A stretch of DNA of 64,000 bases from Eledone cirrhosa (GCA_964016885.1 OZ024743.1:274164001-274228000); one strand, 5' to 3'. Shown: positions 42,959 through 58,312, counted from the first letter of the stretch. The notes: a model not told the origin generated them from the letters alone. Numbers and translations: made by a program.

Positions 42959-44545
42959 CATCACTGTTTTGCTGCAATTCTACTATGGATGCCAGGATCG
43001 GTAGACCACTGCACACATATCTTGTATTTAAATGTGTACCATTATATTGTGTTAAATATTCTCGAAGTTGAATTTCTTCAACCTCTCGTGTTTGATCTAG
43101 TTAAAAACAGTTAATACTGAAATCAATATAATTGACTTCATATCGACTAACCCATGTTAGAAGTTATAATTGATATTATTTTCATTAATACTGAAACACA
43201 TTTCGAGCTAGTCATACAGATGTCGGTCAGAAAATGTCACAAACGATCCTTCACTAGTTTGACTTTTTATTTTCTTGTGATTATATTTACTCTTTCAGAT
43301 GGTTCTTCTTTTGGTTTGGTTTTGTCTTTTTATTTTGTTATTTTGCTGCAGTTACAAAAAATAAAAACATTAGTATTAAAGTAGGTTGGAAAAACAGTTC
43401 TAATTTTAGTAACCTATAAATTGCTATTCCTTCTCCAAAACAACATAGCACAGAGAGAAGATCGTGGTCTTCGCTGTTGCCATTTTGAAACCCTTCTAGC
43501 TGTGATCGGAATATATTAAGATATTTGTTAAAAGCAAAATGTCAGTAGTAATTTTTGCTGGTGTGCTAGTTTTATTTTCGCTCTTACTATCGTTATCAGC
43601 ACTGTCGTCATTCCCACTGCATTTGTTGTTGTTTTTGTTGTTGATGTCGTTGTAAAGTTTTATAAAATACATTTAAATGGAATATTGAAACAAACAAACT
43701 TTCAAGTATTGTAAAGATTTTTGCTGTATGCATTGTAATGTATTTTTTGTTGTGGTGTTTTTCGTTATATTGTTTGCAGTAATGCTTGAAGTGGTTTCAA
43801 AATATTCATGCTTCAAGTAGATGTTGCTTAATGCCTAAAAGAAACATCATCTTATTCAAGTATTTTTTGATTAACTCTGTGAACGTTTTATTTTTTTTTA
43901 ACTGATTAAGCATTCCGTCTATCCTCACTTGCATTTAAATCCTATACACAGACAGCCATTACTGATACTCATATTGATGTTTTCTTTTGATTGTATTGAT
44001 GTTGTAGTTATTGTATAGTATATCTCATATGGGTGAAATACACTGTAAGACAGATTTTAAGTTTCTAAACCTAGGAGTTGCGCAGTTTTGTTCTTGTAGT
44101 CTAACAAATGCATTTCCCTAGATCATTCACATTACATGATTTCAACTGAACACTACTCAGCAAACCATTCAACAATTACAAAATGGTTCTACCGACTACA
44201 TCAGCCAACGCCACCTTCCTTCGAGATACATACTTTAACTCAAAGTATTAGGATTAATAAGGTCTGGTTCGCTTAGTATTATGATAGCTAGGAAAGGTTT
44301 CAACAACAAAAACGTTTCGCTGCTTTATAGTTGTCCCTTTTTTACACATTCTTCCTTATTTATTCTGCTTGTGGGGGTGGGGGGTCTTTTTTTTTTGTTT
44401 GTTTGTTTTACGCTCTAGATTTGGTTTCTTAATTGTTGTAAAGGCTATTAGATAACTCTCCTAGTGTGCCTTGACTTACTAGCTCTATACTGACATTTAA
44501 ACAAAATAAATATATAAATAAATATGAGTAAGAAGACTGATGATT

Positions 44546-44845
44546 TCCCATGGAACTATACAGGCCTCAGTGATAACCATTTCAAAGAGAGTTTTACTTG
44601 GAATGTATACTCCTTCACGTTCATGGAAAAAGTAAACTTTATCTCCTTGTAGGGCTTTAGCTGAAGATTTCGAAATGATCTGAGCAATAAAATCTAGAGC
44701 TTACTTGACAAGACTCACTCCCTAATCACTCCCTATCTCTCACCCTCTATCTTTTCCTTTCTCTTTTACTCTCTCATTTACATATCTCCCGCCCCAGCTT
44801 TCGCTCTCTCTCTCTCTCCACACACACACACATTGCAACAGTCTG
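44546..44845 (+). repeat. Unclassified dispersed repeat, second copy at 50626-50930
   Basis: Shared TAACCATTTCAAAGAGAGTTTTACT...AACTTTATCTCCTTGTA...GACAAGAC and CATTGCAACAG.CTG. Confidence 0.75.
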
Positions 44846-45439
44846 CTATATCCCTGAAACAATTACTAGACTATCGTATTGATATCATCAGACGATTTCG
44901 CTATCCACATATGTAACATCATTAGTTGACAACATAGCCTCATTTTGCTGAAATTTCACATTTTGCTGGAATTTCTAATTACCAAAGTACTATCCGTACC
45001 TCGTATGTCTGTGTTCTCAATAGCTATTAATCGCCTATCTATTGGTACATTCTCAAGAACAAAACTGACGATTATGAATGAATGTATACATAACTCAGTG
45101 ACCACCAGGCCTTTTACATAAATGGAGAATAACTGGCCACATAAGTTCACCATAACTGAACGAGCAGGCTTTCATTTACATCAGTAAAATTTTGACGAAT
45201 GACTCAAACCTTCAACTATTAATAAACGTGTTTACAATATATATATTAAACATGAGAGATGGAAGTTACAATTTAGCAATCTATTCGAAATCACACGTAA
45301 CTCGTATTTCATAAATGACCAGTTCGTAGCCTTAATTGATTATTATGAGGTTCGACTTTGAGATAGATTTGTTCATCAGATACAAAGGAGATTAAAATCG
45401 AAATATGTTCATCTCATCACTGCGATATGTCAGCATGTA

Positions 45440-45504
<65 letters not shown>

Positions 45505-46079
45505 AACAGTAGTAGAAAACTCTCTGCGGAGTAGAAGTTGATTTCAATATTTCATGTATTAATAATTATTAGTAATTTTAATACGTCTTTCAATACAATA
45601 TAATCTCCTTTCTTAAGCATGTGAAGCCTGATTGTTACACAATCGATTACTTCATACTGCCAGTGGGTATCGTAATCGCATCACTTCATAGATAGTGTAA
45701 TTATAATTATTATTCATGTGGGCGAGAAAATAAATATATATATGTGGGTGAACGCTTAGCAGAACTCGTAGAATCTGACTATTCGGTGTTTAGAATTGGT
45801 GGGTTAACTTCGGTGTTGGCAGTTAGCCAATCATTATTGTACGTTTATACTTTATTCTTAGGGAATGGCTAACTATGTTCAATCATACCATTCACTGTTG
45901 ATTGTTTGAGACGTTAATATGTGACAATTTTATATTGGCTCTAAGAGAGGAAACAGAAAAGAAAAACAAGCATCAGCCAGTAATTTAAGTGCTTTTGATC
46001 TCTATTAAAACTATTCGTAACTATAGGGGTCCACAATGTTCAGCCGGCCAGAGATGTGGTCTGTTAACAATATTTCAAT

Positions 46080-47840
46080 CAAGCTTGGCTTCGAAATAAG
46101 TCCTTCTTGCACTTGCGGTACAAGCAAGCGCACAGAATCGCAGCAGAGACAGTAAAAGCGTCCAAAGTTGAGACATGGGAGGACTTTGAAGTTGAGCTGG
46201 AATTCGACTTCATATCAGCAAATAAAGTTTTCCACCGACTTCGTAATAAGCCCTCCTCCACACCTGCTATAAATAACAGAGGTGTATCCTCGCGAGATAG
46301 AGAGAATACTCTGCTGATCTCCTAAACCCGATTGCAACAGCATCTTCTGATATGCACGACGTGCATCAGGGAATAGTGACTAATGTCTACGAGACGGAGA
46401 TCACAAGAGCAGTTAAAAAGCTCAAATGTGGCACGGTCACCAAGTCAACTGGCGGAAACGAGTGTGCCAGTTGACCTGGACCTCTGGAAAGGCACCCAAG
46501 CAATAGCAATCGGAAGTAATAATCCAAATTTTCAAAAAGGGAGACATGAGAAATTGTTCCAATTATAGAGTGATATCCTTTTTAAGTTTCTCCGGTAAAG
46601 TCTATGCTAAGTGTCTGGCAAACAGAGTCCAAGCTAACTGATGTACATTGTGGTTTTCGTCCCGGACGCAGCAGAGCTAACTAAATATTTACACAGAGGC
46701 AAGTATTTGAGTAAAGATGCGAGTATTGCCACGAGATATATTCTTGCTTTGTCGATTTGAAAAGACATATAACTGCGTTCCATGAGACTTGATGTGGAAG
46801 GTTGTGCAGGAGTATGTGATCGATGATCAGTAGCTTGCTGCCCTGTAGTCTCTAAACGAATAGCCGAACACTTTTGTTCAGATAAATGGTGCTAGTCGAA
46901 ACCATTCAATGTGAGCGTCGGACTCCGCCAAGGGTGCATACTGTTACCTCTCCTGTTCATTGTTTACTTGAACAGGAATGGCATGAGTAGCCGGATTCAG
47001 AGTGATTATCATGACCGGTGGATGTAAAATCCGTCGGCTGGAACTTGCAGACGACATGGTGTTACTTAAACCGACAGTATGTGATCTCCGACGTGCACTC
47101 GATAGGTTTGATGTTGAGTGCTCCATTGCTGGAATAAAAATCAGTTCTGCGAAGACTGAGCCACTCATCACCTCAGGAAAGCCTGCGTCGCGCACTCTAC
47201 ATGTAAATAGAATTCCACTGAAGTAGTTAGAGAAGTTCAAGTAACTCGGGGCCGTTTCCAAGAGTTATGGAAGTCAGGAGGCTGCATTAAGTACAAGAAT
47301 TGCAGGAGCTTGTCCAGTACTGCGCCAGATTCCGCATTCAGTAATCAGAAGAAGGGAGGCGTAAATGTCTACTTGGATATCCTCAATTCAGTATTTGTGC
47401 CAACCATAACCTATCGTCATGAATCTTGGGGAATGACCAAAAGCATACGATCAGGAATACAAGCTGCCGAAATGAGGTTCCTCCGAATGGCCTTTGTAAT
47501 AACGTTACTCGACAGAGTGCGTAGCTCGGAGATTAGTGAGTCACTCCAGGTAGAACCGCTACTTCTCCGAAAGAATCACAGCTCCGATATTATGGGCATG
47601 TGGTTAGGAGGTCTCGGATAAGAATCCCTGAACATATGTTACGGGTAAAACCAATCGGCAGCAGAGTCAAGTCTAGAACCCGAGCAAGATGATTGGATAA
47701 CATCCATGAGCGTGGCTGGTCCCGCTTGGAGATCCGCCAGGTTCAGTTGGAGACGGCTGCTTCTGAGAAGACCCGCTGGAAGGGGTGGGTGAGGACTATC
47801 CCCACAACGCTCTCAGGAATCCGTAGGCGAAGAAGACGAA
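46080..47840 (+). mobile_element. Degenerate RTE LINE (RT domain to 3' end)
   Basis: IIPIFKKG-like, CFVDLK, VGLRQGCILLP, LELADDMVL, PTITYRHESW, IQAAEMRFLR. Many stops. Confidence 0.9.
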
Positions 47841-47854
47841 TGAATATATATACT

Positions 47855-47898
<44 letters not shown>

Positions 47899-48088
47899 GG
47901 GCGGTGGATTGGCAGTATCGGTAGAGGGTCGGACGCCATGCTTTCAGCATAGTTACGTCCCTTTACAGTCGGAGTTCAAATCCCGCCGAGGTTAATTCTG
48001 CCTTTCATCCATACGGGGTCGATAAAATAAAGTACCAGTAAGGCACTGAGATAATTGCTGGCCTTGTGCCAAAAAGTAGAAACATTTA
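47899..48088 (+). mobile_element. tRNA-derived SINE (family of 4085)
   Basis: A box TGGCAGTATCGG and B box GAGTTCAAATCC. Confidence 0.88.
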
Positions 48089-48824
48089 TATATATATATA
48101 TTATATTAAATTATATATATATTATATATATTATATTATATTATATTATATATATATCAATTGGCCTACCTTTAAATGGAAACGGTGTGTGGAAAAGGAA
48201 CAGAAGACATATATATATATATATATAAGTTTATACTCAATCTATATATAGATATGTTGTTTTATTGTCAAGGCATGCGTGTGCAGTGTGTTGATGATTT
48301 CCATTGAGTTAGCTTGTCAACTTTCGTACAAAATGTTTTAAAGATATTGTATCATACCTGATGGTGGATTCCCTTTAATCATTACTTGACGTAAAATACA
48401 AGCCCAGAGGTTATACATTTCTCTTAGGAATTCAAATAACATCAAACAAAACGCTATAATTCCATTGTATCTTTACATGCTTGTGTTTTGGAGATACGTA
48501 ATATTTTGCTATTTATCCCGTTTCTCTTCAGGAAAAATGATTGAGTTAGAAAGGTTCAGCTAATAGAATTGCAGCGAAAGATTTAAAGGTTCTTGAACGA
48601 TCACTAGCGTTAAATTTTCTCTTAGCGTTCTTTTCCTTTCTATTTATACAATATTTTCGAGAGGGGGATGAAAGAATTTCGATATGCCTCAAAGAACATT
48701 GCAATGTCTTCCTCAATGCACACACTCAACACTTACACATACGTATGTGTCTATATGTGTCGGCGAGTGTGTGTATGTATGTATAATAGGATAAATTGTT
48801 CTCATATATATAAATATATAGTGG

Positions 48825-48873
<49 letters not shown>

Positions 48874-48900
48874 AAAGTATGTGTTCCTACATGCTTTCCC

Positions 48901-48963
<63 letters not shown>

Positions 48964-48983
48964 GTGGCTTATGTATGGGCTTC

Positions 48984-49054
<71 letters not shown>

Positions 49055-49082
49055 GCTTCTATGAGGGCTTCTATATATAAGC

Positions 49083-50550
49083 ATGTAAAAGGTAAACGGA
49101 AACAATAAAACAAAACACCACAGTACAATGGAGAAATTTATCCCTACATGCTTGTAGTAAAAGATTCCTTACGTTTCTGACACTAGTGGTTCACCATGAA
49201 ATAGAATGGTAATTAAAAGATGAAATCGAAATATAGAGAGTGAGAAGAGGAAGGAAAGAAAAAAGAATTATTGGCGAAAAGCATGTGTGCATTCAGTCAT
49301 TCATTTTGGAGAATTGCTGGTCAGTGGGTAATTTATGTATTTAGAAATATTTAGAAAGGGGCTAGCCATTGTATTTTTCGAGTGGACATGTGTGTGTGTG
49401 TGTGTGTGTACGTGTGTAGGTTTGTTCGTGTTTATGCTCAAAGAGGTGAAGAATGGGCGCTGGGCCGTAATGGAGCTACTGGTGTGATGGTAGAGGTTTC
49501 AGTATGCGCGTTCAGGAGATCTAACCAATGTAACGAAATGTACTAATATGTATATGAAATTCTGCGTACACATACTTTCGCACAAACCCGGAAAATGTCA
49601 CAAGCGGTTTAGAGAAAAGGGGGCTGTTGTGATGGTAGCCTTATGTATTTAATTTCGTTGTATAGAGGTTTCGAAGTCGTGGTCCTGACTGCAGAACCAA
49701 CGAAGACTGATGAATTGTGATCAGGGTATATAGAGTTTAGTGTGGTGGTGTTGCGGGTGGTGAAGTTGAGAGGTGGAGTCACAGGGTTTGTAGAAGACTG
49801 CGTTAGAGATGGTTTGGTGAGTGTGGTCGATAGAGAGAGAGAGAGATGTCGAGAAATTGGATGGAAGAATCGAAGACGGATGTGGTGAATGTGAATCCTG
49901 AAAGAAAAGACTGGACGAAAGAAAAAAGTAGTCGAGCTGTTAGAATGAAAGGGGGTAAAATCATCGATACAACGGCCGTATAGCTCCGGTGTGGGTCAGG
50001 GAAACTGGGAGATTTGGTCCTCAATGTAGCCAACGATGGATTTGGCGTATTTCAGGCCGATTCTGGTTCCGATGTCTACCCCAGAGATGTGCTGGGAAAA
50101 CTCTTTAGAAAAGAAAAATAATTGAGTGAGAATGGACTCAGCAAGGGGGAGTAGAGTGGATGTACTAAGATAGAGCGTAGGACATAAGTCCAAAAAGTGT
50201 TTGAGAGCCCGCAGACCGTTATCGTGAGGGATGACAGTGTAGAGAGAGGTGATGACCAAGGAGAAGAGAAGGTGAGAAGGGTCAGGATAAAAGAGAATTA
50301 ATCGAAAAGTCAAAGAGTATGATTAGTGTCATGGCATGGGAGAGGTGCTCGGCAACTAAGGGGTGAGTAGGGTGTCAATGTATTGAGAGAATATTTCAGT
50401 AGGGCAGTTGCAAACGCAAACGATAGGATAACCAGGATTGTTAGGTTGATGGATCTTGTGGAGGAAGTAGATGTTGAAAAGGTGACTGTAAGATATGTGG
50501 AAGTGGGGGTTAGTAGAGAAGGGAAGATGAGTTGTCGGATAATGTAGGAC
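49083..50550 (-). mobile_element. Degenerate Neptune-like PLE (RT remnant + 3' UTR)
   Basis: SLYTVIPHDNGLRALKHFLD, SGVDIGTRIG..YA, IQFLDIS. 3' terminus resembles 812-840. Decayed HHR at about 49168-49200. Confidence 0.8.
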
Positions 50551-50795
50551 ACAAGCTGTATGTGTTTGTGAATATTTAGATGTACAAGCAGAGATATTTT
50601 ATATATAAATATAAAAAAATGTTTGTACTACAGAGGCCTCAGAGGTAACCATTTCAAAGAGAGTTTTACTGGGAATATATACACCTTCACGTCATGGACA
50701 AAGAAAACTTTATCTCCTTGTACGGTTTCAGCTGCAGATTTGAAACTACAGAAATGCCATGAGCATTTCTCGAGCTCACTCGACAAGACCTTCAG

Positions 50796-50904
<109 letters not shown>

Positions 50905-51250
50905 ACACACATGGACATTGCAACAGACTGTTCAATGCAGTGTATGTATATTCAAGTATAACTTTATCGTTTCTCTTCCTCTCTCTGTATGTGTATTATA
51001 TATATAATATATATATATATATTTAATGTGTGTGTGTATAATATGTGAGTATTGATAAGGGTGTATATGAAAGCATATAATATATGCAGTAATCGTACAA
51101 GGGCCTCACTATCGAAGAAAACGTATCTCTTCGTTACGAAAAAAAGATTTTCCTGTTTTTGCACCGTGAATATGTCACAGCTATCTCAATAGTTGTTGAC
51201 AAGATATAAATTATGCATATGTATCCACATGTTAGTATATATACGTGTAT

Positions 51251-51348
<98 letters not shown>

Positions 51349-51479
51349 ACATAGTTTTGTGCAAATACATTTATAATGTATAATAACACAATCATAATTT
51401 TAGTTCGGTATAACTCTATATATAGCTTGTCCAAATATATATATATTTATATTGTCTATTGACATAATCATAATTAGAT

Positions 51480-52433
51480 TTCGGTTCTTCCCTAGAAGGC
51501 TGAACTAATGTAATGATCTAATATTTAATATATACTGCTGACAACTTTGGTTTAATTGTTATACCTAAGACACTATAACTATTTAAGAATTAATTCCTTG
51601 ATAATTATAACTGTAAATACTTCATAAGCTATACATATGGAAAATGTTGACACTGTTACAAGTAATATTGTTAAAGATTAACTTTGCGTGAATATTGAAC
51701 AGTATATATTTTTCTTTCGCGGGCCTAGTAAATCCTTTAAATTGGATTTCATAAAACTTTGAATTTTAGAAATTTAACACACTTATAACACAAATAACCA
51801 TCACCTTTTAAAACCTATAATTTTGATTCGTTACCCTAAAATAACATAAATTAAATATTTTGAAACTTAACCGCCAAGGCTATATATGTTTATATGTGTC
51901 TGAAGAATATTTGTGCATAAATTTCTCCCCTTTATCTCTCTCTCTTTAATTATCTATCAGTTGCATTCTCAAACTAAAAACTAAAAAAATTATAACTCCA
52001 GAAATCTATAGTCTTCCTCTATAGACCTACAGTAGTATTTCAAACATTACTAACTCTATAACTGTTACATTAAAGCAATCTTTTCCTTACTCACACCCTC
52101 TCTATTGATTTGATTACGTTTTCGCCTGTTCTCATTTGTAGGGTATAAATATTGAATGTTCTCACAAGTTAATCACTACCTTGATTAAATCTTAACCATT
52201 TAACTTGTCAGGGTATGTCATGTATCATTTTATTTTATCTGATGAGGACGTACTATTGAACTTGATTCAATACCTCTGAAATATGTATAATACATTTAAT
52301 TGATCACAAGAACATCTATTTTATTAATATTTGAATTTAATATTAATAACTCTTGAAAATATTTCACTGTAGAGTGCTTTCAATCTACTGTAAAACTCAT
52401 TCTTTGATGTACTCATTGAATCTTGTTTAACTC

Positions 52434-52435
<2 letters not shown>
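51480..52435 (+). mobile_element. Old PLE 3' remnant with HHR at 52235-52290
   Basis: TTAT-CTGATGA-GGA..TATTGAA/TTCAATA..TCT-GAAA-TATG-TA-TAA. Faint GIY-YIG trace upstream; ends in (TA)n. Confidence 0.55.
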
Positions 52436-52485
<50 letters not shown>

Positions 52486-52489
52486 GGGG

Positions 52490-53470
52490 GGGTCTGTGAA
52501 GCACGGTGTCCTGTTCGCTCCCACTTTGTTTACCATCGACTTTGCAATTGTATTGTTCATTTCTGTCAATGGGAAAACATTAAAGGTTGCGGATAAGTTT
52601 GCCGAATTTGGTAGTACATTTTTCACAGCAGCACCTTTGACGAAGACGTCACCGCAAGGCTAGGCTGCTCACAGCTTCCGGTACTTTTGGTAAGCTGGAG
52701 AAGTGCATGTAGTCACAGTATGGGAACGAAGTTTAAAATGTACCAAACACATGTTCTTACAAATTGTAATATGGATGTGGAACGTGGATAATATATTGCG
52801 GACATATGTTTGCCCAATATTTGCACACTTTCCTCAATATCTCCTAGATATATCATACACTACATACTGATGTACTGCAGCTGGCCTGTCTGCCATGCAT
52901 TGAGTCCATGATCATGACTCACCGTCGCCAAATAACATAGTACACGTAGAGGACAGCAGACTCACAAAACATGAATTGTATGAAGAGCTGTTACAAGTCA
53001 AACGCCTGCGGTGAAAACCACTGAAACAATTTAAAGATGGGCTGAATGATATTCTCACTAACATGGAAATAAGTCGTTAAATCTGATTGCTACCGGTGTT
53101 AAGGAATCTGAAAAGAAGTAACCGGCATATGCTGAAGTGAAATGAGCAGCTAAATATATGGGTGTTACTCGCTGCTAGAAGGTTATTACAAGGAGAATTT
53201 TACTTGTGCGGTATGCGGACATGTTTATCAAACGCTAGGCTACTAAGCAATAACATACGTTATACTCGTGAAAATAACACCTTTGAGTACCACATGCATC
53301 TTACATTTGCATGTAGCATCAGTACCAAAATGTGTCACTCTGCCGGTGGGTTAACATCGCACCACGAATCATATCACGGTAATAAAATCCAATCTAGCAG
53401 AAACCCTACCTACATACTTTGTAGTTTGACATGTAAAGTACATCATGATTTGAACACGTTTTTGCCAATA
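52490..53470 (+). pseudogene. Degenerate RTE-like LINE 3' part with zinc-finger-like tail
   Basis: GSVKHGVLFAPTLF, RLTKHELYEELLQVKR...KQFKD, then CSISTKMCHSAGGLTSHHESYHG. Confidence 0.65.
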
Positions 53471-53489
53471 TCTGTTTTAATGAGATACC

Positions 53490-53765
53490 AGGAATTTCAA
53501 GCGATTGGTGACCTCTAGACTCACCTGATCAATGAAACAATTGTCAGTACTTGAAATAAAGCCCCTTATTGTACAGCCAACCATGTTACTCTTCATTCTT
53601 TCACTATTATTACTCCAAGCGTAAGCTGCATAGGAATTACCACGAACTCCCTGCATAACTATGGAAACAATTTGTTGAATCAAACAAAGCCGTACGTTAC
53701 GTTAAAAATATCCACTACTCACAACCTCTAACTGGATTACCTATAAGGATAACTTGTTATCCCAT
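53490..53765 (+). mobile_element. PLE-type 3' end, family of 35947-36347
   Basis: Co-linear similarity to 36070-36347; ends in (TA)n. Confidence 0.8.
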
Positions 53766-53779
53766 ATATATATATATTT

Positions 53780-55354
53780 ATATAAGTTTATGAATAACCA
53801 AAGAGTGCTTAGAAATACATTGTTTTGTTTGCTAACAGTGTTTCATCCATACAATATGGCAGGATTCATCAGAGCTTATAAATAAAAGTATATCAAAGGT
53901 TGCAGGCTCCATCAAGCTCAGTCACCAGAACAAGGATAAAGGACAAGTAGGGGGCTACCATGGCCAGCGCTATATAGAAAAATACACAATACATAACGCA
54001 CATAATATCATAGAATGTCATAAAAAATTACATGAAAAGTTTATCACATAAATGGTGCAATAGATAATAAAGAGGTTGAGAGAGGATAGCAAGAAATGAA
54101 TGAGGGTGTTACTCAGCATGATCAAAAAACAAAAAAAACAAAGCATAGATACATCAATTCACAAGCAGTGCAAATACAGGATGTACAGGCAGAGTATGAA
54201 AGCTTGCAAGCATGAGTCCGTGAAAAGAAAAGTTGGTTAGCTGTGGTGCAGCTTTACAAGTAGGATTGTCTATAGGAAGGATGGTGCACTCCAGTTATAT
54301 CGCCTTGTAACGGGTTGATTTCTCCATTTCATACCAACACTCTCCATCCATTGGTTCCAGTTCCAAGCGTTAGGCGATATAATACTGTTTCCAAAACATA
54401 TACCCAGAGGATTTCTCCACATAGGCAGTCTGCAATAAATACCTTAAATCTAAAATAAAGTAAAGTACGATGAGGTGAAGCAAAGTAGGGTACATGTACA
54501 GCCAGCACTCCAGTGAAAAAGTGAAAATAAGACAGGTCCGCAATATCTGCTATCTCCCAAGATCTTCATGTTAGGTCACGCAACCCAACATCCCAAGTGC
54601 AATACACTGTATGGCCAAGTCGGCATCAAACTAAAGTGCCATACCGTATGCAAATATACCACAGTAAATGTTATTCGTGTTGGCTAGTCAGTCGCGTAGA
54701 CAGAAAGCGTATATAGAAAACTCCGCTTACGGAATTACCTATGGCAGCGTGAAGGAAAAGCAGTTATGGTTACATTAATAAGCGGGTTTATTAGGGTGAG
54801 TGCAAGATTTCTGTTGTGTGCAAGTACTGTAGGATATATAGTAAACTCACGGCTAAAACTGTTAATGACAACTATGTTGTTAACATGTCCCCCACGTGGT
54901 TTTCGTGTAGATTACTGAATCCGGAGGTAGTAATACTTTCAGAGTCGGGTATAACACCTCCTGGGTTGGCTGGAAGTCAATGTCAAACGTCGCACACAGC
55001 CTTGAGTGTGGTTCTATAATTCATCATATTTGCAACACAATTCATATTCCACAATTTCAAAAGTTAACCTCTCGCTAGTAACATTTATGTGATAAACTTT
55101 TGATGTAATTTTTTATGACATTTTATGACATTATGTGCGTCATGTATTGTATGTTTTTCTATATAGCGCTGGCCTTGGGACCCCCTATCTGTCGTTTATC
55201 CTTGTTTTGGTGACTGAGCATGATGGAGCCTGCAACCTTTCATATATTTTTGTTTATAACCTCTGATGATTCCTGCCATAGGGTATGGATGAAACACAAT
55301 TAGCAAATAAAACAATATATTTCTAAGCACTCTTTGGTTATTCCTAAACCTATA
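53780..55354. repeat. Diverged inverted repeat of about 273 bp (53780-54053 / 55082-55354), each arm with an HHR
   Basis: GCT-CTGATGA-ATCC..GGAT-GAAA-CACTG-TT-AGC at 53831-53875 (-), with its counterpart at 55261-55304 (+). Confidence 0.85.
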
Positions 55355-55459
55355 ACGGCTCTGTAGTATACTAGTTATGCTACATTGAGCTAAAACCACA
55401 CTGTCATACCAAGGGCAATATATCTGCGTGTCTGTGCACAATCATATACTTGTCAAGGA

Positions 55460-55501
<42 letters not shown>

Positions 55502-55705
55502 TTATACACTGAATGCTTAAGTAAAATCATTTCGAAGACCTGTCAGCTTTATCTCCCCTGTTTGCTGAAAATTAAAGTAAGTGAGACTGTCACTACTCTA
55601 AAACAATAGCGTAAGCTCTTCGAAATGCTTTGAATTAAGTATACAGTGTATTGCAAGATACACTGTATATGCATTCATATATATATCGCTATTTCAGAGC
55701 ACCAA

Positions 55706-55783
<78 letters not shown>

Positions 55784-56122
55784 GGTATAGATTTCTGTAT
55801 TCAGATTGGAGCCAATCCTTATCATTAGCTTTCTCTTTAGCTTACAGGTGTCTGTAAGATCAGTATGGGGTCAGTCATGGTAGATAGTTTTGGAGGAAGG
55901 GGAGATTCCTTAGGGGCTAAATTCTTAAAGGTTCTAGTAAATTGACGAAGGTTTAGGGAATTCTGTAGACAATTTCTAAGTATAATCTATACAACTGTAG
56001 CCATAAATTCACGAGACACTTTCAACAGAACATACCCTGCGCGTATGCGCGCATGCACGCACACACATGTGTATGGGGGAAATATATTTATATTTGTATA
56101 CGCGTGCGTGCGCGCATACACA

Positions 56123-56179
<57 letters not shown>

Positions 56180-56298
56180 TTGTATACATACACAGATTCT
56201 CATCTGTATTAGAACCTTCATGCTCTGCGGTGTACTGAGTGCCTTGCTTACTGTGGCTGCCTCCGATTCAACCCGGAATAACGTGTGTGTGTATGCGC

Positions 56299-56402
<104 letters not shown>

Positions 56403-56624
56403 GTGTATGTGTGGTTGTATGGATAGTCTTATTTTATTTTTATTTTTCCTTTCCTTCTTCCTTCTCCAGCCTCACTTTCATATAGCTTCCTTTTTTTGTT
56501 TTTAAGATCCAAATTCAATAAACAAACCAGGATTTTTTCATTCTGAGGATTGAAAGCAAAACCTTTTGCTTTTAAGAAACCACTGGTAAATGGAATAATT
56601 GCCTTATGTTGTTTATTACATAAT

Positions 56625-56676
<52 letters not shown>

Positions 56677-57154
56677 ATTCACACCAAATATAACTGATTT
56701 CTGATACGTATGTAATTTTAGTATAAAATATTATTAGTGGGCAGTCATTTGTAAATAGAATAAAATGTAAATATAGAAACGATAGATCCATATGTGTAAA
56801 TAATATGTTAAAACAATGTACAGAAGAAATAAATAAATATGGGTAGGCGTGTGCGCTGGCGAGCTCCTGTGTGTTAATATGATTATGCTAAATTATATGT
56901 GTAGACATACGAAAGTACCTACGTCAAATACAAGATTGAGTAACCCACACAAATTTATGTAGTCATCCTAAAACTACGACGTAATCGTTATTCTCTTTTC
57001 CCTATATATACATATATATATATATATATTTTTTTTTAGTGAAATCATTTACTACCACTCTCGCTACACTTTTTCAATCTCTCACTCGTATGCACTCTCA
57101 TCCGCCATCCTTCTGTCTCTCTCTCTCTATCTATCTATATATTTCTTTCTCCCC

Positions 57155-57198
<44 letters not shown>

Positions 57199-57201
57199 AT
57201 A

Positions 57202-57240
<39 letters not shown>

Positions 57241-57287
57241 ATCTCACTCTCTCTCTCTCTTTATACACACACATATATATATATATA

Positions 57288-57446
57288 TGTTTCATTCTTT
57301 AGAAATCCTCAGGATTCCTGATGATTTCTAAAGAATGAAACAGTTCTAGTCCTGTAGAATCTCATCTATATTAAAACTTTTATACTCTGCTATGTATTGA
57401 GTACCTTATTTAATGTGGTTACCTCCGATTCAATCCGGAATAAAGT
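57288..57446 (+). mobile_element. Short PLE-type 3' end with HHR (57311-57353) and small 5' inversion; related fragment at 56195-56283
   Basis: AGGAT..CTGATGA-TTTC TAAA GAAT-GAAA-CAGTTC-TA-GTCCT. Palindrome at 57289-57341. Confidence 0.75.
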
Positions 57447-57467
57447 ATATATATATATATATATATA

Positions 57468-57560
<93 letters not shown>

Positions 57561-57571
57561 GTATATGTATG

Positions 57572-57656
<85 letters not shown>

Positions 57657-57944
57657 TTGGATTAAATGCTCTGAAATAGCGATATATATGTGAAGATAGA
57701 CATCTAATTGTAATACGTGACGTATTCTATTCTATAGCGATTAGGTCTTCAAAATGTTTATTATAAACATACAGAATATTTTCGAATATTCTATGTCTAT
57801 CTTCATATATATATATATATATGGAGAAAAAATTTACGAAATGGAAATGCGGGTATATAGAATTTATTAGGTAACAATTGTTTCTATAGTGTATGAGTTA
57901 CCTATACCTCGCTATTTGAATAATACATAGTAACATTGGAATAC

Positions 57945-58168
<224 letters not shown>

Positions 58169-58171
58169 ATA

Positions 58172-58312
58172 ATTCAGTGCAGAATTAGCCGTCGAAACGG
58201 CTTGAGCTCAGCCGTCGGGGTCTTACTTACTCCTATTACCCACTCTACTACCCTAAGTATTGAGTACTTTGGTGCGTTATGGTCCACCTGGTTCCTTACC
58301 ACTTTTCCCTCG

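Noticed and set aside
43340-43480. Minus-strand CAAAATGGCA start-like context suggesting a host first exon
   Set aside because: The ATG frame stops after 19 codons, and no convincing splice or homology support is visible.
48810-49085. Short ATAGTGGCTT repeats separated by (TA)n, superficially CRISPR-like
   Set aside because: Eukaryotic context, the spacers are microsatellite, and there are only three imperfect units.
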